Of a stretch of 64,000 nt of DNA, positions 29,598 through 39,193 are shown one piece after another. The notes beneath the pieces were generated by a model. The model had not been told where the DNA came from. It did not search any database and worked only from the letters and a program-made list of their open reading frames with translations. Made by a program: the position numbers and the translations under genes. How positions within the stretch are numbered: position 1 is the stretch's first letter; each line of letters starts with the position of its first letter. This DNA comes from an uncultured cyanobacterium (GTDB taxonomy: Bacteria; Cyanobacteriota; Cyanobacteriia; Cyanobacteriales; Nostocaceae): positions 1,184,001-1,248,000 of the forward strand of contig CAVUDP010000001.1 of the NCBI GenBank assembly GCA_963740315.1, given 5' to 3'.

Positions 29598-29611
29598 AGT
29601 AAGCACTTACT
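29598..29611. promoter_or_regulatory. Candidate TetR operator
   Basis: Palindrome AGTAAG-CA-CTTACT about 30 bp upstream of the coq4-like/tetR pair. Confidence 0.5.
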
Positions 29612-30030
29612 CACTTAAAAAAGTATAGCGGTTAAACTAGATAATTAATTGCAGCTAGTACTCAAAAATAAATAGAAAATTTCCCGCGACTGTTAATGAT
29701 AAAGAAGTGAATAATTATTAGTTTCCGGAATATCCCGTAAATTTTTGGAAGACATGGTAGCAGGAGAGAATTTATGGAAATATCTGCGCTGATATTATTT
29801 GCTTTCGATCGCGAATTAACATTTATAGGATTCACGCAAAACTGTAATTTTTAAAGGAGATTGCGAGAATTTCACTGTCTGGAACACTATATTTTCGGTT
29901 GCGATCGACTAGTAATTAATTATAAAAAATATAAGGTGAATATACTGAATATTATCGCCTATTTAATGAAGATAATATACATTAATATTATGTAAGTAGT
30001 TAGGCTAATAAATTATTAAGGAGTATTTTT

Positions 30031-30798
30031 CTGAATAAAAGTTTTTGCTTTAGCATTCTTGCTTTAAAGCCCAAATATCAGCTTATGGCTAAAACATTTG
30101 CAGAAGACTTAGAGAAACAATCTCCAGAGACTACAGTCGTAATAGGGACAGATAATCCTAGCGTGTTTAAAGACTGTGGTAATGTATTTGCGTTCAAACT
30201 TGAGAAAAAGGGAATTCTTCATTGCTATCATGACAAGCGATTTGTGATTGAGAAAGCATTAACAAAATTCCAAGTAGCAATACAGATAGATGCAGATACA
30301 AAAATTATTGGTAGCTTACCAAAGTCGATCGATGCGTCATCGGGATTAGCAGCATTACACGTTGAGAATCTTGTTGAACACGCACAAAAGTATAATCCAC
30401 AAAGGTTGCTCTATCTTCGCAAGTTGGAAAATAAGTTAGAGATAAATCTTGAGAGTGTAAGCTATATCGGGGAATCATTGTTTGCCTTGTCCGCTTCGTC
30501 CGATAAAACTTCGGAATTTATCAAGCAATGGGGTTTGATAGCTAATTATTTAGAATTACATGGAATTCATGCTGGTTCGGGACATGCTATTGGTATAGCC
30601 GCAGCTTCTTCCGGATTAGAAATTACTAAGCCCTCTTGGTTGGAAGAGATTAATGAAGCTAAACATCATTTAGATGCTGCTGCATTCAAATCTAAAAAAA
30701 GTTTCTGGAACATTTTAGAGCGCAAAATAGATTATCATTACCGCTTTAATAAAGCCAGAATTACTGCTCTGAGAGATTTCAGCTTTTACTATAAATAA
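30031..30798 (+). CDS. Conserved hypothetical protein (glycosyltransferase-like DxD); likely start is CTG at 30031, first ATG at 30085
   Basis: YHDKRF and QIDAD motifs; TAAGGAG RBS 7 nt before the in-frame CTG. Confidence 0.65.
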   Translation: MNKSFCFSILALKPKYQLMAKTFAEDLEKQSPETTVVIGTDNPSVFKDCGNVFAFKLEKKGILHCYHDKRFVIEKALTKFQVAIQIDADTKIIGSLPKSIDASSGLAALHVENLVEHAQKYNPQRLLYLRKLENKLEINLESVSYIGESLFALSASSDKTSEFIKQWGLIANYLELHGIHAGSGHAIGIAAASSGLEITKPSWLEEINEAKHHLDAAAFKSKKSFWNILERKIDYHYRFNKARITALRDFSFYYK

Positions 30799-30901
30799 TT
30801 ATCAAGAGTTTCCATATCTTGTTCTGCTTCCCAGGAATCTAGCCTGGGAACGCCGAATTTGGAGGCTCTGCCTAATCCGATCGCATAGGGCAAATTATGA
30901 A

Positions 30902-32125
30902 TTAAACAACTTCAAACTCAGCCCGGAAGAATAAATCATCGAAGTCATTATCCCCACCACCAAATAAATCCTCAAAACCAAAAGTATTGTTATCTAGCAA
31001 ACGAATATGCTCAACTCCATCGGGATTTGCTCCGAGGAATGAGAAGTAAGCAAGTGGCTCTTCTGCTCCTTGATTATTTTGATTTTGGCTAAGAAACTCT
31101 TGTGCCGTTCCATTAGCGATAATGAAGGGAGCTAATAAATCTCCTCCTGTAAACTGTTGAGCCTCAGTAGTGTTGCGATCTAATTCTAAAACTCTTCTTG
31201 TTACAGCAGCTTCTGCATAACCTTCATCATCTGGATTTAAGGCATTGCCAAATTGATCCAGAATTGTTCCCTGAATATCTTCAATAACGTAAAAACCAAC
31301 CAAATTATCAAAAGCGGCTTCGCTAGTTACCTCTAATAGGTTAGCCGTTACCTGTTGATTACTTATTGACCTAAAATCAAGCAGTGGCTCCCCTTCACCA
31401 TTATCTTGAAAATCTGCACCTAAAGGAATTTGCGGTAAATCATTAGCTGTAACTGTAATCCGTGCAACCTGATAATCGCTCGCAGTAAAATCAGCATTGC
31501 TAAAAGATGCAGGAGCTAATCCCGTTCCATCTTCGCTTAAAATTCTTCCACCTTGAACAAAGCCAGGGTGTAGTTGTACTACTCCATTTTCGTCAATTCC
31601 AGTATCAGGAACACTTTGAGCGAAAAAGGCAGTGTTATTCTCTGCTTCATCATTGACTTCGGTACCAGCATCTAATACTTGATTACCCGCAATAATAAAG
31701 TCTGCTCCAATAAAGTTACCCTCCTCATCGAAAATCCGAAGAGCTTCAGGATTTTCATTAGCGATAAAAGCATCATTGGAAGGGAGAAGCATCGAAGCAT
31801 AAGAGAAAAACTGACTCTTAGGATCGTTGCTATCAACAGTAAAAGTCGCAATAGCAACTTCACCAGGGTCAATTGGTCCGGCTGCAACTCCCTCAGAGCC
31901 TACAACCGTACCATTAACTTCGCCATCTCCACTTTGAAGAAACTCTTGAGAAATCAAAGCTGTATCGCCATCTTCTGCAACTTTTTCCAAACTTTCAGAT
32001 GCAGATATGCCAGGGTCATATATATCGAAATTTCCATTGTGGAATGCAACCCAAAAAGGAGTAAGAAAGGTTCCTTCTTCTGGAGCGAGATTTTCAATAG
32101 TGACTGTTAATATTTTTTCTGTCAT
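30902..32125 (-). CDS. Spondin-domain + DUF4114 protein
   Basis: TPFWVAFH, AEDG, ASMLLPSNDAF, DAGTEVNDE (spondin); NPDGVEH...FGFEDLFGGGDNDFDD (DUF4114). Confidence 0.85.
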   Translation of the reverse strand: MTEKILTVTIENLAPEEGTFLTPFWVAFHNGNFDIYDPGISASESLEKVAEDGDTALISQEFLQSGDGEVNGTVVGSEGVAAGPIDPGEVAIATFTVDSNDPKSQFFSYASMLLPSNDAFIANENPEALRIFDEEGNFIGADFIIAGNQVLDAGTEVNDEAENNTAFFAQSVPDTGIDENGVVQLHPGFVQGGRILSEDGTGLAPASFSNADFTASDYQVARITVTANDLPQIPLGADFQDNGEGEPLLDFRSISNQQVTANLLEVTSEAAFDNLVGFYVIEDIQGTILDQFGNALNPDDEGYAEAAVTRRVLELDRNTTEAQQFTGGDLLAPFIIANGTAQEFLSQNQNNQGAEEPLAYFSFLGANPDGVEHIRLLDNNTFGFEDLFGGGDNDFDDLFFRAEFEVV

Positions 32126-32336
32126 TTTTTGCTATTCAATGCAACAACAACAGTATTAGCTATGAAATAAAAAGTCCTATTAGTTATCCCTGAGAACTAA
32201 ATAAGAATTTGCTGAATATACAGCCGATTTTGGATTAAGGTTAGCGTTCACCGGAGGTGTGGCTCAACTTGGGAAACCAATCCAAAATCTAAAATTTTTG
32301 GTCGAGGGATTTTTCAAAAATCAATTGTCCAGCTAC

Positions 32337-33452
32337 TTAATTCCGCTGATACCGCATTCCCGGAAGCTGACTTACTAAACCCATTAATTCCAATTGCAAC
32401 AAAGCACTAGAAACTTCTGACGCTGGCATTTTTGTTTGTTGAATTATAAAATCAAAAGGCAAAGATTCCGAGGAAATTGCTTTCATTACCTGGTGCAAAT
32501 CTGCTGGTAAATCTGGTAATGGCTTCTCTACATCCGATACCAAAGTTCCTACATTAACTTGAGGAATTGCACCGAGCATTTTTAACAATTCATCTAATTC
32601 CTTAAGAATGGGAATAGCACCTTGAGAAACTAATTTTAAGCATCCTTGGGAAGAGAAATCATCGAGTCTTCCCGGTAATGCGTAAACATCTCGACCAAAT
32701 TCGTTTGCAAAATCAGCAGTAATTAAAGCACCTGACTTTTGAGGAGCTTCCATGACTAATACAGCGCGAGACAAACCCGCAATAATCCGATTACGTCGCG
32801 GAAAGTGAGTGCGATGAGGTTGGGTTTTAGTAGGATATTCACTGACAACAAAACCTTGATTCAAAATCTCTTCGTATAGTTTCCGGTTTTTTGCGGGATA
32901 AACCATATCTACACCCGTACCCAAAGCTGCAATGGTACGTCCTCCGGCTTTAATTGCAGCCGAATGTGAAGCGGTATCAATTCCTTCTGCCAAACCAGAA
33001 ACCACCGTAAAACCATTTTGAACCAAAGCAGAACTAATGCGGCGCGTCCAGCGGATACCATATTCAGTCGGTTGGCGCGTTCCCACCATTGCAACGAGGG
33101 GTTTTTGCGCCAAATTTTCTTGTAAATCGATGTTGCCACAATAGTACAGCACGGGTGGAGGGCTAGGAATTTCTAGCAGCAACCGGGGATATTCTGCATC
33201 TGCTGGTGTCCAGAAATTAGGATTTTCTTGTTCGTGCTGTTTAAGAAACTGTTCTGGATTAATTTGCGATCGCCCCTTCACTACCTTTTGCAAAGTTTGA
33301 TAGCCAAAACCTTCAACCTCTCCCAATTGAGAAGAATTTGCCTCCCAAGCAGTTTTGGGCGAACCAAAATGTTGGTATAGTCTTTGCAGTAGTACTGGTC
33401 CAACCCCCGACATCCTTGACCAAGCAAGCCAGTATGCACGTTCTTCAGTCAA
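32337..33452 (-). CDS. dprA: DNA-processing protein DprA
   Basis: VGTR, VSGLAEGID, FPRRNRIIAGLS, SGALITA; C-terminal winged helix. Confidence 0.96.
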   Translation of the reverse strand: MTEERAYWLAWSRMSGVGPVLLQRLYQHFGSPKTAWEANSSQLGEVEGFGYQTLQKVVKGRSQINPEQFLKQHEQENPNFWTPADAEYPRLLLEIPSPPPVLYYCGNIDLQENLAQKPLVAMVGTRQPTEYGIRWTRRISSALVQNGFTVVSGLAEGIDTASHSAAIKAGGRTIAALGTGVDMVYPAKNRKLYEEILNQGFVVSEYPTKTQPHRTHFPRRNRIIAGLSRAVLVMEAPQKSGALITADFANEFGRDVYALPGRLDDFSSQGCLKLVSQGAIPILKELDELLKMLGAIPQVNVGTLVSDVEKPLPDLPADLHQVMKAISSESLPFDFIIQQTKMPASEVSSALLQLELMGLVSQLPGMRYQRN

Positions 33453-33504
33453 TTTTCTATCCTCATCTTTACTGGTTTATTATTCCCAAAAATTGGATTA
33501 GAAG

Positions 33505-33642
33505 AGAGGGGAGATGGGGAGATGGGGAGTACTTCGACAAGCTCAGTAACCTTTGGGGGGATGGGGAGATGGGGAGATGGGGAGATGGGGAGATGGGGGG
33601 AGATGGGGAGATGGGGAGATGGGGGGAGATGGGGACAAGGAG
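33505..33642. repeat. STRR (GGGGAGAT)n with an embedded short dispersed repeat
   Basis: More than 10 octamer copies; GTACTTCGACAAGCTCAGTAACCTTT at 33529-33554. Confidence 0.9.
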
Positions 33643-33742
33643 TTAGGAGTTATAACACGATTTATAGTGTTCGCCGAACAGCTCCCAAATTATTTTTTAA
33701 TTATTCCCCATTCCCAACTATCAATTGCTCACTGCTCACTGC

Positions 33743-34402
33743 TCACTGCTCACTGCTCACTGTTCGTTGACTTTTAAGGTATTCAAATACAGATTTATCT
33801 CCGATATCTGGGGGAATTGCTTGGACAACTTTACGAATTGCGAAAACTAGAAAAAATACTGCCCAAACTGCTAATAAACCTTTTTCTATTTCTACGGGAA
33901 GAATATTGGTCATGTGTCCTAAAAGCAGTAGCGGAACTACGGGAGTAAGTAGTTTAGTTTCTAATCGGTTGAAACAAAAAGCTTCTTTGAAATAAATACC
34001 TGTTAAAGCAGCAAAAGTGAAGCCAATTCCTAATATAGTTAGGGGATAATTGTAAACTGTTTGTGCTAAGGTTTCGCTGCTAGAGAAAGCAAAAACAATT
34101 GCGGAAATGCTACCAATTGCCCAAAATACTTGTAATGCTCTGTGCAACTCTACCATATAGATATGTATGCTCAATAAGCTTACGCCGAGGGCAAGACTAA
34201 AACCAGCGTATAAAAATGTCAGTAGTTGTAAATTGGGGTTTTCTTCGATTAATACCAAAGCGGTACCAACGGCAAAACAAACTGCGGCGATCGCTAAACC
34301 CGCACGATAGATAATTACGCCGAATCGGTCATCTTTGGTAATTGTAAATTCGCCAAATTGACCTTGATATATGTCTGGTGTTGGTGCTGTTTGTGTTGTC
34401 AT
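33743..34402 (-). CDS. DUF2301 membrane protein
   Basis: YQGQFGEFTI, IHIY, KEAFCF, DIGDKSVF; likely start MTTQTAP at 34402 (the longer ORF start runs through STRR). Confidence 0.88.
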   Translation of the reverse strand: MTTQTAPTPDIYQGQFGEFTITKDDRFGVIIYRAGLAIAAVCFAVGTALVLIEENPNLQLLTFLYAGFSLALGVSLLSIHIYMVELHRALQVFWAIGSISAIVFAFSSSETLAQTVYNYPLTILGIGFTFAALTGIYFKEAFCFNRLETKLLTPVVPLLLLGHMTNILPVEIEKGLLAVWAVFFLVFAIRKVVQAIPPDIGDKSVFEYLKSQRTVSSEQ

Positions 34403-34619
34403 GGTTATAAGAGTAGGGAATGGGTAATTGGTAATTGGGAATGGGTAATAATATATTGAGCGGATATTTTTTTCGATTAGGTTAAATTGGATTAGATTAA
34501 AATAAAATAAATTCCATAAATTGAACTTAATTAGTTTCATTTTAATATAAAGATGATGTAGCTCTAACCTAATTTAAATTTAAATTTAGATTTTGAACCA
34601 ATGCCCAATGCCCAATCCC

Positions 34620-36959
34620 CTATTCCCTCCTACCAATTAAGAAATAAGTAGTCATTCTACCTTTACCTTTAACTGAAATTTCACCGCGTCTTGCTAATAC
34701 AAACCGATCGCGCAATCTGCGATAAGTATTTTCTGTTACCTGAATTTTTCCAGGTAAACCGTGAGATTCCATTCTGCTGGCAATATTTACCGTATCACCC
34801 CACAAATCGTATGTAAATTTTTGTAGTCCGATTACTCCTGCGACTACCGATCCAGTATGAATGCCAATGCGAATATTTAGGTTTAAATTATTTCTTTTAT
34901 TAAATATTGCGATCGCATTTTGCATCTCTAATGCCATAGAAGCAACAGCTTGGGGATGGTTTGAATTTCGTGTAGGTAAACCACCAACAAGCATATAAGC
35001 ATCACCGATGGTTTTAATTTTTTCTAAACCGTATTTTGACGAAAGGCGATCGAATACCGAAAATATTTGATTTAGTAGGTTGACTAAAGTAGTAGCGCTG
35101 ACTGAAGTAGCAATTTTCGTAAAGCCGACAATATCTGCAAATAAAACCGTTACATCGTCGAAATGCTCGGCTATGTTACCCGGTTCTCGCTTCAAACGAT
35201 TGGCGATGCTAGCTGGTAAAATGTTGAGTAATAAACGTTCGGTTTGTTCTTGTTGATGGCGTAATGCTTTTTCTGCTGATATTCTAGCGGTAACGTCGCG
35301 AAAAATTGCGCGTGTAGCTGCGGGTTTTCCTTCAACAAATTTACAATTAATATTTCCTTCTAAAAAGATAGTTCTACCGTCTTTAGTCATAAATGCAGCT
35401 TGAAGCTGTTCAAAATTACCGCTCGACATGACGCGATAAAAAACATCTCGACAGCGCATTTTAAAAGTTGGATGTACAATATCAAATACGGTTATTTTCT
35501 CAAGATCGGCTTCACTATATCCTAAAGTTTCTTGCCAAGCACGATTAATATATAAAAAACGTCCGTAAGGATTAACCGACTGAATCAAATCGTTAGCATT
35601 TTCAAATAAATCTCGATATCTTTCTTCACTTTCTAAAAGTGCTGATTCTGCTTGTTTGCGTTGTAGAAATTGCGCGATTTGACTACCTATCGAAACCATC
35701 ATTTGCAGCAAGTCTTCGTCTCTAAATAACACGTCGCGACTAAAGAAAATCATCACTCCCAAAATTTTATTATCGTTTAAAATCGGGAAACCAAAAGCTG
35801 CGTGTAGTTGTGTTTCTTCTACCTGACTCAATCGCGGACAAATATCATCATTCGTTACATCTTCGCACCATAAAGGAGAAAGAGTTTCCCAAATTTTACC
35901 TGCTAAACCAACTCCATTCGTAAAAGTTGTTAGCCAAGTAATCGCTTCAAACTGCCGCACGTCAACCCTTCGAGATGACCAGATTTCGACACATCTTAAA
36001 ACTGGATTGCTCGTAGATGTTTCGTTTACATCTAAATATTGACTCGGAGTCCATAATTCTCCTAAATCCCAAGCCAAACTTTCGCAAATTGCCTGCAAAA
36101 TTTGCGGCATCGCTTGTTTTACAGTAATTGATTCCGATAAGATATTGGTAATTGCATACTGAGCGCTTTTACGTTGCTGGCGACGCTTTTTAGCAGTAAT
36201 ATCTCGACCAATATAAACGATATCTTCGACACCATCAATTTTTTTACGAATTACCGAACAAGAAAAAGCAATCAATTTTCTTTCTTTTGATTTAGTCCGA
36301 CAAACAACTTCTACATTTTGAAAATATTTTTTATACAAAGAACGTTGTTGAATCGCTTTTTGCAATAATTTATTATCATCAATAACTAAAGAAATCTGCT
36401 CGCCAACTAATTCTTCTTCGGTATAACCTAATAATTCTACAGTCGCTTTATTTACCTTATTTATCTTGCCGGATTTAGTTGTCACAATCAAGGCATCTGC
36501 CATTGACGCGATTACTTTATCCATATAATTTTTATAGGCGACTAAAGTACTTGAGAGCAAATTCGTTTCATTGACTCTTTGATTTAACTTTTGCTCCAGC
36601 AGCATTCTATCGCTTACATCTTCAATTAAAACAATTAATCTATTTTCAACAGGTTCGCCGATAATATATATATCTATATAGAAATCACCTTTTTCTTCAT
36701 TGAAACGGTGAATACCTTCTAACTCAAATAATTCCTGTTTCCCTCCTAAGATAGATGTCATTTCATCTTCAAGTCCAACAAACTCTGGAAACGCAAAACG
36801 GACATCTTTTTGCAAAATTACCTCTTGGGGATAATAAGCAAAACGTTGCACCTGCTTAGATAAATGTAAAATACAAAAATTACTATCTAGCTCCAAGCTT
36901 TCAAATTTGCGAGGTGCATGATGTTTATTAAAAATTTTCTCTAAAACATGATATTTCAT
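34620..36959 (-). CDS. Class III adenylate/guanylate cyclase with PAS-GAF-PAS domains
   Basis: VLFADIVGFT, EKIKTIGDAYM, RIGIHTG, YDLWGDTVNIASRMES. Confidence 0.93.
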   Translation of the reverse strand: MKYHVLEKIFNKHHAPRKFESLELDSNFCILHLSKQVQRFAYYPQEVILQKDVRFAFPEFVGLEDEMTSILGGKQELFELEGIHRFNEEKGDFYIDIYIIGEPVENRLIVLIEDVSDRMLLEQKLNQRVNETNLLSSTLVAYKNYMDKVIASMADALIVTTKSGKINKVNKATVELLGYTEEELVGEQISLVIDDNKLLQKAIQQRSLYKKYFQNVEVVCRTKSKERKLIAFSCSVIRKKIDGVEDIVYIGRDITAKKRRQQRKSAQYAITNILSESITVKQAMPQILQAICESLAWDLGELWTPSQYLDVNETSTSNPVLRCVEIWSSRRVDVRQFEAITWLTTFTNGVGLAGKIWETLSPLWCEDVTNDDICPRLSQVEETQLHAAFGFPILNDNKILGVMIFFSRDVLFRDEDLLQMMVSIGSQIAQFLQRKQAESALLESEERYRDLFENANDLIQSVNPYGRFLYINRAWQETLGYSEADLEKITVFDIVHPTFKMRCRDVFYRVMSSGNFEQLQAAFMTKDGRTIFLEGNINCKFVEGKPAATRAIFRDVTARISAEKALRHQQEQTERLLLNILPASIANRLKREPGNIAEHFDDVTVLFADIVGFTKIATSVSATTLVNLLNQIFSVFDRLSSKYGLEKIKTIGDAYMLVGGLPTRNSNHPQAVASMALEMQNAIAIFNKRNNLNLNIRIGIHTGSVVAGVIGLQKFTYDLWGDTVNIASRMESHGLPGKIQVTENTYRRLRDRFVLARRGEISVKGKGRMTTYFLIGRRE

Positions 36960-37496
36960 CGTGGCGCTTTAAAGTAAGTAAAAAGGAGAAACGAGCAAAA
37001 AAATAAAACTCAAAAAGTAATTTGAATTTAAGTTTTTTTTATCTCGTCTTCCTACTCTTAACTGTATGAGTCAGATGTAGGCACCACTGATAATTGTATA
37101 TGATTGTATATCTATGGGGTTTATTAAAGCATTTACCGTTATAAAACCTGAGATTAAAATTTGAATTGACTTAACGTTTTAAGTTAAATCTCGTTTGAGC
37201 TTAATTTCCGAATCATAAATACAGTATTAGTGTATAATTACCAGCTAAATGCATTTTTTCAATCGAGTATCAAGTATTCTCTTAAATTTTACCGTAAACA
37301 GGAGTTACTGCTCATCGAATATATGAAGTAAAACCCTCACCCGCTTATGGATGGGGAACTAATATTACAAAGTCCACCTACGTGAGCTACGAGAATTCTT
37401 AGCCCAGTTTACAGTAGGCTTCGTTCCTATAGCCTCACTCTTATAAGGTGTAAGTAGGTGGGCAGAAAAAATTACAATTTGCATGCAATGTAGCTG

Positions 37497-38087
37497 CTAA
37501 CTGTTCGCTGTTTCAAACGCAATGTCTTCATACAACAATTCGATCGGAAATTCAAAGTCAATGCTTGATAAAGTAACAATATCTCCTGCTATGTAAGGAT
37601 AATAAAGCCACATTCTTCCTTCTCCCCGACAATAACGTTCGACGGAGATTTTTTCTGATTCTATCAATATATATTCTTGCAAAGAAGGCATTTTTAAGTA
37701 ATAAGTAAATTTTTCTCCCCTATCCTTAGAAGTTGTACCCGGAGAAAGCACTTCAGCAATCAATTTAGGATTTTTATAAAATTTACGAGCATTTAAATCT
37801 TCAGGATCGCAACTGACGATAACATCAGGATAGTAATAAGGACTTTGGGGCGTTACCTGGACTTTCACATCCGATACATTAGCCTTACAACCTTTAGGAC
37901 GTAAATGTGGGTACAAATTTCTGTAAAAGTTTAAAGCGATATCATTATGAGGGATTGTACCACCAGTCATAGCAAAAACTTCGCCGTTAAGGTATTCATA
38001 GCGAATCTCTTGCTGGGGTTCCCATTCGAGATATTCCTCAATTGTCATTTTTTGCGATTCATCCCGAATAGCTGATTTATTAAACAT
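37497..38087 (-). CDS. Uma2-family endonuclease-like protein
   Basis: RYEYLNGEVFAMTGG, YPDVIVSC, EVLSPGT. Confidence 0.93.
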   Translation of the reverse strand: MFNKSAIRDESQKMTIEEYLEWEPQQEIRYEYLNGEVFAMTGGTIPHNDIALNFYRNLYPHLRPKGCKANVSDVKVQVTPQSPYYYPDVIVSCDPEDLNARKFYKNPKLIAEVLSPGTTSKDRGEKFTYYLKMPSLQEYILIESEKISVERYCRGEGRMWLYYPYIAGDIVTLSSIDFEFPIELLYEDIAFETANS

Positions 38088-38097
38088 ATTATTAAGA

Positions 38098-38297
38098 AGA
38101 GAGGGGGAAGAGGGGGAAGAGGGGGAGAGCGGGTAGAGGGGGTAGAAGGGGAAGAGGGAGATGGGGAGATGGGGAGATGGGGAGATGGGGGGCTAAATAA
38201 TTAACTGCTAACTGCTAACTGCTAACTGCTAACTGCTAACTGCTAACTGCTAACTGCTAACTCTAACTGCTCACTGCTAACTGCTAACTGCTCACTG
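38098..38297. repeat. STRR block (purine-rich 8-9-mers, then (AACTGCT)n)
   Basis: Directly visible tandem repeats. Confidence 0.9.
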
Positions 38298-38301
38298 TTC
38301 C

Positions 38302-39081
38302 CTATTTCCTTCCTTTTATCGAATTCAAACCGTAACCAAAGACTTTCCCGTTTCTAAATAGTTTATATCCGACAAATATTAAGCTAGCTGATACGAGAAT
38401 AGCTAAAAGATTGGCTGAAGCAAATAGTCTACCGGAAAACAAGAGTAATGCCGCTCCTAATCCTATTAAACCCCATCCCCAATTACGATTAATTCGACGC
38501 TGCAAGAGAATTATAGCTCCTCCAATCCATAATAAAATAGTTGGAAAACCAAACCAAAAACTGATGCGAGTATTTGCAGCGAAAATTAATACTCCTACTG
38601 CTATCGATGCTAAACCAACAAATTTGCTTGTACGATCGACTGCTTGTACTTGTTGCGCGTTGTCGATCGCTTGAGCTTGGATAGTTGTAGGTTGAGTAGT
38701 TGCGATCGCAGCTTGCTGATGCTGTTTGTATTGAAATATAAAAGTTACTTTATTGTCGTTACCGAGTTCGATTCTATCTCCTAAATTAAGAGGGTAGCGC
38801 CTATGATTTTCTAACTTATTATCGTTCAAATAAGTCCCATTAGAACTACCGATATCTATTAAATAGTAAGTATTATCTTTTACAATAATTTCTGCGTGAA
38901 CTCGCGAAACAATATCGGCAGAAGGTAAATTCAAAACATCAACATCAATAGGAACTTGTTCGTTTGGCTTGCCGATACGAATTACAGGATAATTTGGCGG
39001 AATTTCAAACGAAGTATTGCTTTGAGTATGAAAAAGTTCTAAACCCAACCCTGTTGTTTGTAAAGTGCTTAAATTGTGCAT
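38302..39081 (-). CDS. FHA-domain membrane protein
   Basis: RIGK, VSRVHA and GSSNGTYLN FHA motifs; four C-terminal TM helices. Confidence 0.9.
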   Translation of the reverse strand: MHNLSTLQTTGLGLELFHTQSNTSFEIPPNYPVIRIGKPNEQVPIDVDVLNLPSADIVSRVHAEIIVKDNTYYLIDIGSSNGTYLNDNKLENHRRYPLNLGDRIELGNDNKVTFIFQYKQHQQAAIATTQPTTIQAQAIDNAQQVQAVDRTSKFVGLASIAVGVLIFAANTRISFWFGFPTILLWIGGAIILLQRRINRNWGWGLIGLGAALLLFSGRLFASANLLAILVSASLIFVGYKLFRNGKVFGYGLNSIKGRK

Positions 39082-39193
39082 TTTCAGGGAGTATTAAAGG
39101 TCTGCATGTCAAAGGTTAAAGGTAAATATTTTTCAATTCTACCGTATTAACAGTCTGTAAGAGGGGATAAGACTTTAATTTATAACTCCTAAC

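Noticed and set aside
34403..34540. 46-aa N-terminal extension of DUF2301
   Set aside because: It runs through AT-rich and heptamer-repeat DNA; the conserved domain begins after the ATG at 34402.
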